A DNA stretch of 51,028 bases, from positions 1-51,028 of the forward strand of contig JBFRWI010000227.1 of the NCBI GenBank assembly GCA_051439505.1, in the 5' to 3' direction. Position numbers and translations under genes: made by a program. The notes below the pieces were generated by a model. That model made no database searches, was not told the DNA's origin, and saw only the letters and a program-made list of their open reading frames with translations. The stretch comes from Hormoscilla sp. GTDB taxonomy: Bacteria > Cyanobacteriota > Cyanobacteriia > Cyanobacteriales > Desertifilaceae. Below, piece after piece: positions 31,769 to 41,630 of the stretch (positions within the stretch are counted from its first letter, which is position 1; the number at the start of each line of letters is the position of its first letter).

Positions 31769-32080
31769 TCGTTTATTTCCTATTTGATTTCTCTTGGCAG
31801 AACAAAGACTCAAAGATGGGGAGCAAACAGTTACGGATCTCTTGGATCTCTGGTGGCGAAGCGGTCCATCTTCATCAGCCAGGGCATCTCTCGGGACCAT
31901 GAATCTATTGTTGCATATCCTTATCTTGACTGTCAAGGGCCCTGCCTGATAAGGGTTTCAGGCATTTTCTACCTCCCAAAAGTGTAAGCGCCGGAGATCG
32001 CCAGACCCAAAAACCTTGGACTTGCGCTCACAAGAGTCTGGTTTCTACCGATCCCATTGGCGACGAACCTACCATGCGTA

Positions 32081-32578
32081 TTAGAGAGGTTTAACCATCG
32101 AACAAGATAAAGTTTGGTAACCCAACTTGCGATAAAGGTCGATCGCGGGTTCGTTAACACAGAAAACCTGCAAACTCAACTGGCGATCGCCCCTATTTCT
32201 AGCCCAAGCTTCAGCCATTAGTACCAGGGCCGAACCAATACCCCGGCGTCGATGTTCTGGCACCACATAAACCAAAAAGATATGAGCATGGCGTGCAGCA
32301 TTCACCTGATCGACTGCATTTCCCATCCACAAGCAGCCCACTGGTTGTGGCACGGGCGTCAAATAATCACCCACCTGCTGGTCAGATGCCACCTCCACCC
32401 ACCAGAGAGGTGTCTGTTCGGAAAAATGCTGGTCAACCGATCGGGCCAAATGTGAAAAATCCCGTCCTGGAAACATTTCGGTGTAAGTCAGCTGCATGAA
32501 CTTAACCAGGCGGGGTTGTTCGATTTGGTAGCCAGCCCGAAGCTGATACCCTGGAATGAGCAACTGTTGCGTAGCCAT
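32081..32578 (-). CDS. GNAT acetyltransferase
   Basis: VVPEHRRRGIGSAL and NEPAIDLYRKLGY motifs. Confidence 0.9.
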   Translation of the reverse strand: MATQQLLIPGYQLRAGYQIEQPRLVKFMQLTYTEMFPGRDFSHLARSVDQHFSEQTPLWWVEVASDQQVGDYLTPVPQPVGCLWMGNAVDQVNAARHAHIFLVYVVPEHRRRGIGSALVLMAEAWARNRGDRQLSLQVFCVNEPAIDLYRKLGYQTLSCSMVKPL

Positions 32579-32784
32579 TAACTAACAGTCCCGGTCTCCT
32601 GGGTAGTGGGAATAGAGATCCCAGGATACAGCGAAGTATCGGTCATTGAAGGAGCTACCTCGGAGGTCGGGGCCGGTGCCGCCATATCATTAGGTAAAAA
32701 GATGCGGGCGCTGACAGCCAACAGGGCGACCAAAAAAACCAATAAGATTAAAAATGGGGCCAATACTTGACGCAAAAAAGCCAT
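32578..32784 (-). CDS. Small single-TM protein, translationally coupled to the GNAT gene
   Basis: FLVALLAVSARIFLPNDMAAPAP; TAATG stop/start overlap. Confidence 0.7.
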   Translation of the reverse strand: MAFLRQVLAPFLILLVFLVALLAVSARIFLPNDMAAPAPTSEVAPSMTDTSLYPGISIPTTQETGTVS

Positions 32785-33066
32785 AATTGCCGAATGCCGA
32801 ATATGATTTGCTGGGGAATGGGTCGTAACCAAGACCATTGCCTGGGTCTATCTTATCACAATCCGTGACAGAAGTAGCTTAAATTAAGAAACAAGGGTTA
32901 TCCGGCAAAACCTGGTTTCTGGGTCGGGCGCCGCCGGGGTACCGATCGAACCATCCCACGAGCCGCCTGGCTAATTATGTCAAATATCCCCATAATTACT
33001 AAATATCTTAAATGTTGCTCTGCCGAGATGACAATAAATTTTCAGAAGACAAGAGGAATAGCAAAA

Positions 33067-33481
33067 ATGAATTACCACTACAAAATAGTCATTCGATGGT
33101 CTGATGAAGATGAGTGTTTTGTTGTCGGTCTGCCTGAATGGGGAGAGTTTTGTCACACACATGGTGATACCTATGAAGCGGCTCTCAAAAATGCTCGGGA
33201 AGTCTTGGAACTGCTGATCGAGTCCTCTTTGTCAAACGACGAACCTCTAGAAAAATCTGTCGCGGTTCACAGAAAAGCTGCAAACTCAACTGCCTCTACG
33301 CTTCGCTATTCATCTGCACAATCTCGCAGTCAGTCAGGGAAAAAATGTGAGAGAATTGGGAAAAGAGGCGATCGCGAATTATTTGCTCCGCGTAGATGAT
33401 AAAATTGGGATGCTCTCTACTACTATAGGAATTGATGACAAATCGCACCAGACCGTCAGGAGAACCAGGAGGAGTTCCTAG
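33067..33481 (+). pseudogene. hicB: HicB-family antitoxin; RHH-like C-terminus lies in the +1 frame
   Basis: IRWSDED..FVVGLPEW..THGDTYEAALKNAREVLELL; removing one A from the A5 run at 33251-33255 continues into KLQTQLPLRFAIHLHNLAVSQGKNVRELGKEAIANYL. Confidence 0.65.
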
Positions 33482-34026
33482 TGGTACTCCAACTCGGATC
33501 GAACCCAAAGATGATGCCGAAACTACTCGCGGTACAATGCGGGAGAATGAAACAGCGGGATTTCTCGCTAGCATCGGGTATAATGTAGAGCAAAGACCAT
33601 CTGTCACTGGCAGAAAAAAACCGGATTACAAAATCGAAGGCCGCATATTTGACTGCTATGCACCGATTACTGACAAAGCCTATAATATAGCAGATTTGAT
33701 CCGGGAAAAGGTTGAAAGGGGGCAGGCAGATCGGATCGTCCTTAACCTTGATGATAGCGAGGTAGACATCGAAGAACTGCGACAGCAGCGGGTGTGGTCA
33801 AAACCCGTTGATCGAACATCGCATACCCCAGTCGCCGGATCCCCCCAAACCCCCCTTAGAAAGGGGGGCAACCGGTGCGCCCCCCCTTTTGGAAGGGGGG
33901 GTTTGGGGGGGATCCTCTGCAACTACTTTTGACCACACCCGACAGCAGCTAGAGTGTAGCCCTATTCCGGCTTTGCAAGAGATCATCGTGGTCAAGGCTG
34001 GAAAAATAATGGAGTTTTTCCCTTAA
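33435..34026 (+). pseudogene. CdiA-CT-type (tRNase-like) nuclease toxin domain, disrupted by a MITE
   Basis: REN, KPDYKIEGRIFDCYAP, KVERGQADRIVLNL; removing the MITE and one TSD restores a 143-aa ORF ending PIPALQEIIVVKAGKIMEFFP. Confidence 0.8.
33790..33940. mobile_element. GGGTGTGGTCA-family MITE (151 bp)
   Basis: 14-bp TIR; perfect 9-bp TSD GACAGCAGC. Confidence 0.95.
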
Positions 34027-34043
34027 GAGTGAGGTAAAAATAA

Positions 34044-34730
34044 ATGTCATTAGATTACGATCTGAGAATAGTCACGGATTGGGAACCAATACTGATATTG
34101 GAGTTTTTGTCAAAAAAACTACAGCTAGGGTGGGAAGAAGGGGTCCGTTTGTTTGGTCCAGGGATAGTACTGGGAGTGTCAAGAGAGAATGAGAGGCGTC
34201 AAGCTTTCATACAGTCAATGTTTGGATTTGCCCCGACTGTAGATGTGTGGTTTTGGCTAGATAAAAATGAGGATTACTATCTGGGAAAGCAGACTTTACT
34301 CCAAGCGGTGATGTTGCTGCTAAGTGAAATGCCAGGAGATGCGGTATTGCTGATCAATTACGAGACGATCGTCCTCCAACGAATTGGTGGTACCTTGATT
34401 TTCAATCAGGAACTGGGCACTTGGTCGAATGAAGAATTAGCGTCGGTAAAGTTGCCCTATTATCAGCAACCCCTGCGATCGCCGATAATCTCAGAGGAAC
34501 TCCCCAAGGTGGAACTGGACAATGGCATCTACATTCATCTGCACAGTCTCGCAGTCAGTCAGGGTAAGGATGTCAGAGAATTGGTAAGGGATGCGATCGG
34601 GGCTTATTTGCAGTCCCAGGCGAAAAAACCCGAGGGCGACCTAAACAATTCAAAATTAAAAATTCCGAATTCAAAATTGGGACAGTCCCACCAGAATAAG
34701 GATCTCGGCGGATCGCCCTATGCAATGTAA
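34044..34730 (+). CDS. SitI3-like immunity protein with C-terminal RHH-like extension
   Basis: MSLDYDL, FGFAPT.V.F.LDK, GDAVLLINYE..LQR..G.L; directly downstream of the toxin with a GAGG RBS. Confidence 0.7.
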   Translation: MSLDYDLRIVTDWEPILILEFLSKKLQLGWEEGVRLFGPGIVLGVSRENERRQAFIQSMFGFAPTVDVWFWLDKNEDYYLGKQTLLQAVMLLLSEMPGDAVLLINYETIVLQRIGGTLIFNQELGTWSNEELASVKLPYYQQPLRSPIISEELPKVELDNGIYIHLHSLAVSQGKDVRELVRDAIGAYLQSQAKKPEGDLNNSKLKIPNSKLGQSHQNKDLGGSPYAM

Positions 34731-34807
34731 ATGCACGACAGCTTAGCATTGTCGGTCCAGTAGAACTTATAGCTAAAATGATAATCTTTTGCTAAAGGGT
34801 ATTCAGT

Positions 34808-34892
34808 TGACAATTGACAATTGACAACTGACAACTGACAACTGACAACTGACAACTGACAACTGACAACTGACAACTGACAACTGACAACT
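34808..34892. repeat. Heptamer STRR TGACAA(C/T), about 12 copies
   Basis: Tandem copies ending just before the ABC start codon. Confidence 0.92.
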
Positions 34893-34895
34893 AGA

Positions 34896-36773
34896 ATGAC
34901 TGACACAGTATTAGAAGTACGCAACCTGCAAGTCCAATTCCAAACAGACGAAAAACTGATTACAGCAGTTGACGATATCTCCCTGGAAGTAAAACGAGGA
35001 CAAACCTTGGGCATTGTTGGAGAATCAGGATCGGGTAAATCCGTTACCTCCCTAGCAGTGATGGATCTAGTGCCCGCGCCTCCAGGTAAGATCGCCGGGG
35101 GCGAAATTTGGTTTCGGGAAACAGCGGAGGCCCAACCAGTTAACCTGCGGCAACTCTCACCCCAAGAAATGCAGCAACTCCGGGGTGGCAAGATGGCCAT
35201 GATTTTCCAGGAACCCATGAGTTCCCTCAATCCAGTTTATAGCATCGGCTTCCAATTGACCGAAGCAATTATACAGCATCAAAATGTTTCTCCCCCAGAA
35301 GCCAGACGCCGGGCGATCGGGCTTTTGCAAGAAGTAAAACTGCTGCCCTCAGACGCAGCATTGCAGGAACAAATTCTAGCAGAATGGCCCCAGGAAAAGA
35401 AAGCAGCAAGTGATAAAGAACTTCAGCGTCTGGTAAATAGCCAAAAACAAGAGATCCTCAAACGCTATCCCCACCAACTCTCCGGGGGACAAATTCAGCG
35501 GGTGATGATCGCCATGGCAATTTCCAGCGATCCGGTACTATTGATTGCCGACGAACCCACTACCGCCCTAGATGTTACAGTTCAAGCTACCATTCTCGAA
35601 CTGCTGCGGGAATTAACCCGACGGGGCATATCGATGATTTTCATCAGTCACGATCTGGGGGTAATTGGTGAAATTGCCGATACCGTCGCAGTCATGTATC
35701 AAGGTAAAATTGTCGAGACCGGGCCAGTCTTGGACATCTTCTCTAACCCCCAGCATCCCTACACCAAAGGTTTACTCGCCTGTCGTCCCCAACCAACAGT
35801 GCGCCTGGAATATCTGCCCACCATTTCTGACTTTATGGAACTGGTGACCACTGCGGACGGAACCTCAGAGATGCGAGAGACAGATAACAGGACCGCTATC
35901 AAAGAAGTAGGTCACACTCAGGTAGAAGAACGCTTAACAGCACTCCAACAGAAAGCGCCGCTTTTATCCGTGCAGGATCTCAAAGTTGGCTTTCCCCTCA
36001 AGGGCATGTTTGGCCAAACCCAACGTTATTTTATGGCGGTGAATAATGTCTCCTTTGAAGTCTATCCCGGGGAAACCCTCGGATTGGTAGGAGAATCCGG
36101 CTGTGGTAAAACTACATTAGCACGCAGTTTGCTGCAATTGGTCAAACCCATGAGTGGCAAGCTGCTATTTGCAGGTCAAGATGTTACTCGTCTTCACAAA
36201 AAAAATCTGCGACAGTTGCGCCGGGATATGCAAATCGTATTTCAAGACCCTTTCAGTTCCCTGGATCCGCGCATGTCTATTGGCGCCACGGTCATGGAAC
36301 CCCTGAAAATTCATCACCGAGGCAATGCTACAGAAAGACGCGATCGCTGTGCCTATCTGTTAGAACGGGTAGGACTTTCACCTGACTGGATGAACCGCTG
36401 GCCCCATGAATTTTCCGGCGGACAGCGCCAACGGGTATGTATTGCTCGCGCCTTGGCACTCAATCCTCAGTTTATTATTTGTGATGAGTCGGTTTCAGCT
36501 TTAGATGTCTCGGTCCAGGCCCAAGTTTTGAACCTCCTCAAGGAATTGCAGTCCGAGTTTGAATTGACCTATATCTTTATTTCCCACGACTTGAGTGTGG
36601 TGAAGTTTATGAGCGATCGGATCGTGGTGATGAATCAAGGTAAAATAGAGGAGATTGCCCCTGCTGAGATGATTTACAACCAACCGCAACGGGATTACAC
36701 TCGCCAACTCATTGCTGCTATTCCTACCGGCAGCATCGAACGCATTCAACAGCGCCAAAGGGCGATCGCCTGA
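34896..36773 (+). CDS. Oligopeptide/dipeptide ABC transporter, fused double ATPase
   Basis: Two GESG(S/C)GK Walker A motifs, two SGGQ, IFQEPMSSLNP, HPYTKGLL. Confidence 0.93.
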   Translation: MTDTVLEVRNLQVQFQTDEKLITAVDDISLEVKRGQTLGIVGESGSGKSVTSLAVMDLVPAPPGKIAGGEIWFRETAEAQPVNLRQLSPQEMQQLRGGKMAMIFQEPMSSLNPVYSIGFQLTEAIIQHQNVSPPEARRRAIGLLQEVKLLPSDAALQEQILAEWPQEKKAASDKELQRLVNSQKQEILKRYPHQLSGGQIQRVMIAMAISSDPVLLIADEPTTALDVTVQATILELLRELTRRGISMIFISHDLGVIGEIADTVAVMYQGKIVETGPVLDIFSNPQHPYTKGLLACRPQPTVRLEYLPTISDFMELVTTADGTSEMRETDNRTAIKEVGHTQVEERLTALQQKAPLLSVQDLKVGFPLKGMFGQTQRYFMAVNNVSFEVYPGETLGLVGESGCGKTTLARSLLQLVKPMSGKLLFAGQDVTRLHKKNLRQLRRDMQIVFQDPFSSLDPRMSIGATVMEPLKIHHRGNATERRDRCAYLLERVGLSPDWMNRWPHEFSGGQRQRVCIARALALNPQFIICDESVSALDVSVQAQVLNLLKELQSEFELTYIFISHDLSVVKFMSDRIVVMNQGKIEEIAPAEMIYNQPQRDYTRQLIAAIPTGSIERIQQRQRAIA

Positions 36774-36793
36774 TCCAGAGATCGGGGCAGGCG

Positions 36794-37057
36794 CAATACT
36801 TCTCGGTTAAGAATATAGGTTGTCATTGCGAGGGGGGGGGTACGTAGCGATTAACTTCTGTACTAATTGAGTTAACCCCCCCCGTTAGCGCAGCGGCGCG
36901 ACGCAGGAGCGCTAGCAATCCCCTGGTCGGTGTATGAGATGAGATCACTTCTGCGCTGTCGGTGAGATTGCCTCGGGGGGGATCTCGGCGAAGATCCCTC
37001 AATTATCGGTTTTGCTTTCCCCCCTCGCAATGACAAGTTGTATCCCTTGAAGTATTG
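36794..37057. mobile_element. CAATACTTC-family MITE (264 bp), inverted relative to 20355
   Basis: TIRs plus perfect 10-bp TSD GGGGCAGGCG. Confidence 0.9.
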
Positions 37058-37093
37058 GGGGCAGGCGGATCGCCTGTCCTGGTTACAACAGAG

Positions 37094-37615
37094 TTACAAA
37101 TAGAGAAAAAATAAATCATTTAAGATAAAGGGTGCATCAGAATAGAAGGTCACATAGGCAACACCTTCTATCTCCAATTCTAGCAGTTGCCGCTCTAGGG
37201 CGACTCCCGGTTCGGGAAACGAGCAGGGTTGGCTAGAAGCCGAACCCAACCTGTTGCCATCTTCATCATAAGCAGTGAGGGTGACAGGTATGACATTGCT
37301 AACATAGGCTCCTACTTTGGCGATCGACCTCAAAAAGGAAACCGTTATTGACTTCTGATGAGATGGTGGCATGAGAGCCAGAGAACCGGTCCGAGGCTGG
37401 AAGGCGGGGTTAGAAGGAGATAAGGCGATCGCCTGTTCAAACCCCACTCCCAGATGCTGATACTGGTCCGTAACTCGCTCAAAAGTCTTCAAATCCTCAA
37501 AATTAAGCTGCACGAGAGCAGACCCCCGTGCCTGGGTGGGGTTGGGGATCCGGCCCGTTCCGGCTTGTTCGCAAGAGAAGCAGTGAGAAAATTCAGTAAT
37601 GGATGAAAATGACAT
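37094..37615 (-). CDS. Hypothetical beta-rich protein
   Basis: LNFEDL..VTDQYQHLGVGF..AIALSPSNPAF pattern; start uncertain. Confidence 0.6.
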   Translation of the reverse strand: MSFSSITEFSHCFSCEQAGTGRIPNPTQARGSALVQLNFEDLKTFERVTDQYQHLGVGFEQAIALSPSNPAFQPRTGSLALMPPSHQKSITVSFLRSIAKVGAYVSNVIPVTLTAYDEDGNRLGSASSQPCSFPEPGVALERQLLELEIEGVAYVTFYSDAPFILNDLFFLYL

Positions 37616-37798
37616 AACTACCTCCAGATGCACCAATTCAGCTCTTAATTCCAGCATCCGGAAAATTCAGGCGACCGTGAGGGTGCCTGTGTCAGTTCCT
37701 CGACTGTAGCGACATCTGGCGCAACTGAGGCCCCTTCAGTCCTCTCAACACCGTGACAATTTCCCAACTGTCCCCAACCCAGATGGAACCTACATTCC

Positions 37799-37942
37799 CA
37801 ATACTTCAAGGTTTTGGATATAGGTTGTCATTGCGAGGGGGGGGGGCCGCTACGCTAACGGGGGGATTGATTCAGGGGGTCAACACAGCTGTTAATTTGC
37901 CAGCCCCCCTCGCAATGACAGGTTGTATCCCTTGAAGTATTG
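37799..37942. mobile_element. Short CAATACTTC-family MITE (144 bp)
   Basis: CAATACTTCAAGG / CCTTGAAGTATTG; perfect 10-bp TSD CCTACATTCC. Confidence 0.9.
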
Positions 37943-37987
37943 CCTACATTCCGCTGGCTGCAACTGTAGTGCCGCTGCAAAATTATA

Positions 37988-38025
37988 AATTTTGAATTTT
38001 GAATTTTGAATTTTGAATTTTTGAA
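37988..38025. repeat. Heptamer STRR (AATTTTG)n
   Basis: Tandem copies. Confidence 0.8.
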
Positions 38026-38093
38026 GCGATCCCCGTTCGGATACAATGGCTTGGCAGCTATCAAGCTCAAAGTTCGCTGCTCACACAACGGTT

Positions 38094-39113
38094 ATGAATA
38101 AGTTGCAAAGTGGTTTTACTGTATTTCTCAGTTTGCTGGTAGAAGCCATACCCTTTCTGCTGCTAGGGGTATTGCTTTCAGGCTTACTGCTATTTTTTGT
38201 CGATGAGCGCAAACTGGCCGCATTCATCCCCAAAAACCCCCTACTGGGTGCCTTAGTAGGAAGCTCGATCGGTTTTTTGTTCCCCGTCTGCGAATGCGGC
38301 AATGTACCAGTAGCGCGTCGCCTGCTGATGCAGGGTTTTCCTTCCTCGGTGGCCGTGGGCTTTTTACTGGCGGCCCCGACCATTAATCCCATCGTCATTT
38401 GGTCTACCTGGACGGCCTTCCGGGACCAGCCCGAAATTGTCATCCTGCGAGTGGTTTTTTCTCTGGCGATCGCGACCATCGTGGCCTGGGTCTTCAGTTC
38501 TCAAGCTGACTTGCGACCTTTGCTGCAACTGAGTATGGTACGTTCTCTGCCCCCACCCGAACGCTATAGCAAAGTAACTTTTAGATCTCCGGCTACAGCA
38601 GCCAAGTCGCCTTTGTTACAGTCCGGCACATTTATCCTCGATCGACCCGGTCAACCCCTGACAGTCGATCGGTTACAAATGGCTAGTGGGGTGAAGAACA
38701 AACCTTTACCAGAACGCTTCCGTTTGCTCCTGGACAATACTATACAGGAAACCCGGGAGTTGGGAGGCATGTTGGTGATCGGCAGCGCGATCGCCGCCGG
38801 CATTCAAGTGGCAATGCCCCGGGAGGTCATCCTCTCCATCGGCAATAGTCCCGTCACCTCCATTCTGGCGATGATGATCTTAGCCGCCCTGGTATCCATA
38901 TGCTCTACCGTCGATGCCTTTTTTGCCCTATCTTTTGCCTCGGCCTTTACTAGCGGTTCTCTGCTAGCTTTCCTCGTCTTCGGCCCGATGATTGACCTGA
39001 AAGGCATTGGTCTGATGCTGTCAATCTTCAAGCAAAGGGCTATATTTTACCTATTTGCCTTGGCGGCTCAGTTAACCTTTGTGTTTACCTTGATTTATCA
39101 AATGCTATATTAG
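38094..39113 (+). CDS. DUF318 / YcgR-like permease
   Basis: FPVCECGNVP, LAAPTINP, SICSTVDAF, FGPMIDLK. Confidence 0.88.
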   Translation: MNKLQSGFTVFLSLLVEAIPFLLLGVLLSGLLLFFVDERKLAAFIPKNPLLGALVGSSIGFLFPVCECGNVPVARRLLMQGFPSSVAVGFLLAAPTINPIVIWSTWTAFRDQPEIVILRVVFSLAIATIVAWVFSSQADLRPLLQLSMVRSLPPPERYSKVTFRSPATAAKSPLLQSGTFILDRPGQPLTVDRLQMASGVKNKPLPERFRLLLDNTIQETRELGGMLVIGSAIAAGIQVAMPREVILSIGNSPVTSILAMMILAALVSICSTVDAFFALSFASAFTSGSLLAFLVFGPMIDLKGIGLMLSIFKQRAIFYLFALAAQLTFVFTLIYQMLY

Positions 39114-39114
39114 C

Positions 39115-39876
39115 ATGGGAGTGATTATGACTAAAAGGTCAAAATCGATTAGGCCGTGGCTGGATATTTTCAGTATAGCAGCCTGGGGTGTTTTGCTGCT
39201 GAAATTCTGGCTGACTAACCAGTTATACCTGCTGATTCATCCAGCTTATCATTGGCTGACGATCGCGGCGGGATTGGCACTGCTGCTAGTAAGCGGGTTG
39301 CAGGCCCGGGAACTGCTGCGTAAAAGACGCTATCGCTTTGCCAACGCTCAACATATAAGCTTTTTTCCTCCGGGCTGGAGTGCTACAATCCTATTAGCAA
39401 CTGCCATCGCGAGTTTCTTGGTTAAACCGACAGTGTTTGCAAGTTCTACCGCCCTACAGCGAGGGGTAAACGATTTCTTGCCCCTGACCCAATCTCAACC
39501 TCAAGCATTTAAAAATGCTACGCCGCCAGAAGAGCGATCGCTGATCGATTGGGTCCGGACTCTGAGTGTCTATCCCGAACCGGATGCCTATGCCGGTCAA
39601 AAGGTGAAGGTAGATGGTTTTGTCATCCATCTGCCGACTTTACCAGCAGAATATCTGTTAATTGCTCGTTTTGTAATTACTTGCTGTGCTGCGGATGCTT
39701 ACCCTGTGGGATTACCGGTGAAACTGAATGGCGATCGCCATGATTACCCCCCCGATAGCTGGTGGGAAATAGAAGGAAAAATGATCGTTGAAAATAAGGA
39801 TGGCAAACGCAAGCTGGCGATCGCCGCTGACTCCCTGAAACAAATTCCCGAACCGGACAATCCTTATAATTATTAG
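39115..39876 (+). CDS. TIGR03943 / YcgQ-like putative permease subunit
   Basis: LLIHP, GFV, RFVITCCAADA; follows the DUF318 permease. Confidence 0.88.
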   Translation: MGVIMTKRSKSIRPWLDIFSIAAWGVLLLKFWLTNQLYLLIHPAYHWLTIAAGLALLLVSGLQARELLRKRRYRFANAQHISFFPPGWSATILLATAIASFLVKPTVFASSTALQRGVNDFLPLTQSQPQAFKNATPPEERSLIDWVRTLSVYPEPDAYAGQKVKVDGFVIHLPTLPAEYLLIARFVITCCAADAYPVGLPVKLNGDRHDYPPDSWWEIEGKMIVENKDGKRKLAIAADSLKQIPEPDNPYNY

Positions 39877-39878
39877 GG

Positions 39879-40062
39879 AAAATGGCAAATGGCTAATGGC
39901 TAATGGTTAATGGCTAATGGTTAATGGCTAATGGTTAATGGCTAATGGCTAATGGTTAATGGCTAATGGCAATGAACAATTAGCAATGAACAATTAGCAA
40001 TGAACAATTAGCAATGAACAATTAGCAATGAACAATTAGCAATGAACAATTAGCAATGAACA
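39879..40062 (+). repeat. STRR heptamers GG(C/T)TAAT, then the 14-mer GCAATGAACAATTA (six full copies plus a partial seventh)
   Basis: Tandem copies; the last partial 14-mer supplies the downstream ATG. Confidence 0.92.
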
Positions 40063-41507
40063 AATTGAAATCACTTCAACCTTTAGACAGAGTAGCGATC
40101 GCCCTAATGATCGCCCTGAGTATTGTAATTACGATCCTGTTAATGAGTGGGGTGCATACAGCCCCGCGCGTGCGAAGTTTTAGCTGGCAGGATAAAACAG
40201 TGAGTGCTGCGGATACTGCTTTTATCTTAACATTCAATCGCCCCATGGATCGTGAAAGCGTAGAGAATAATCTCAAAATCGAGCCGCCGCTGCCCGGAAA
40301 AATTAGTTGGGCGGGACGCAAGATGGCTTATACTTTAACTAATGCGATTCCCTATGGTACCAGTTTTACTTTGCAGATGTTAGGGGCGAAAGATAGGTTT
40401 AGTGCCGAGGGAGAAGCTGTAGTAAACCAACCATTAGTGGTCAAATTTAACAGCAGAGATCGGGCATTTGCCTACATAGGTGTTGACGGCGAAGAAGCAG
40501 GCAGATTAGTATTATATAATCTGACAGATCTGAAAAAAGAAATTTTGACACCTTCAAGGCTGGTGGTGAGGAATTTTAAACCATACCCGAATCGCGATCG
40601 GATCCTGTTTGCGGCCAGCGATCGCGATGGAGCAGACAAAGGCATCCTGGAACAAAAATTATATACCGTGACCACAGGTATGACTCCAGCATCTCCTCGG
40701 CAGCAAGATCGACCTCAGCAGCTCCGAGCTGGGATAATCTCAACAGTATTAGATAATCGGGATTACCGCAACCTCAAGTTCGACCTGTCCCCGGACGGAA
40801 ACACCATAGTAGTGCAACGCATTAACCGGCAAGATGCAGGGGATGTGAGTTTGTGGGTAATTCGCCCAGGGGCAAAACCCCAACCTCTCAACAGCAAACC
40901 CGGCGGCGAGTTTACCATCACCCCCGATAGTCGGGCGATCGCCATGACCCAGGGACAAGGTATTGCCATTCTGCCACTTGACCCTAACTTAGAAGAGGTA
41001 CAACCGCTCGAATTTCTGCCCCAATTTGGCATGGTACTGGACTTCGCCCCCGATGGCTCGGCAGCAATGGTAAAATTTAATCCCGACTATACCCGATCGC
41101 TCTTTTTGCTGACTAACTCCGAACAGAAAAAACTCGTTACAACTACAGGGTCGATTACTAGCTGCCAGTTTGACCCGAGTAAAACTACCCTAATTTGTCT
41201 GCTATCTCAACTGTTAACTCAGGATGAAATCTACCAGGAGTTCCCCTATATCGCCGCTATTGACCTGAAAACTGGCAAGCAGATCCCCCTACTGGGACTA
41301 CCGCCCGATCGGCCAGATGTGCAGATATCTCTGTCGCCAGATGGTCTGGCATTGCTATTCGATCAAACTGTTGCTAACCCTAGTGCTGCTGGGGCCAGCA
41401 GTCGTCTCTGGCTGCTACCTCTAGTGAACATTGCATCGCAACAGGGTCAGCAACTGCAACCCACAGAACTGCCTTGGAGAGGCTTTCGCCCCCGCTGGCT
41501 GCCCTAA
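40056..41507 (+). CDS. Membrane-anchored Ig-like (Big_5) plus beta-propeller protein
   Basis: N-terminal TM, LTFNRPMDRESVE, LSPDG repeats; third gene of the permease cluster. Confidence 0.78.
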   Translation: MNKLKSLQPLDRVAIALMIALSIVITILLMSGVHTAPRVRSFSWQDKTVSAADTAFILTFNRPMDRESVENNLKIEPPLPGKISWAGRKMAYTLTNAIPYGTSFTLQMLGAKDRFSAEGEAVVNQPLVVKFNSRDRAFAYIGVDGEEAGRLVLYNLTDLKKEILTPSRLVVRNFKPYPNRDRILFAASDRDGADKGILEQKLYTVTTGMTPASPRQQDRPQQLRAGIISTVLDNRDYRNLKFDLSPDGNTIVVQRINRQDAGDVSLWVIRPGAKPQPLNSKPGGEFTITPDSRAIAMTQGQGIAILPLDPNLEEVQPLEFLPQFGMVLDFAPDGSAAMVKFNPDYTRSLFLLTNSEQKKLVTTTGSITSCQFDPSKTTLICLLSQLLTQDEIYQEFPYIAAIDLKTGKQIPLLGLPPDRPDVQISLSPDGLALLFDQTVANPSAAGASSRLWLLPLVNIASQQGQQLQPTELPWRGFRPRWLP

Positions 41508-41630
41508 GGGCCCAAGAGATCGCACCGGACGGGGGTTCTACTGCGTTCACCGCAAGCAGATATCGATACACTAGGGGAGGACAGTAGTTTTGATTTCTTA
41601 AGAATTCAGAACTCCTTCATTATCACGGTC

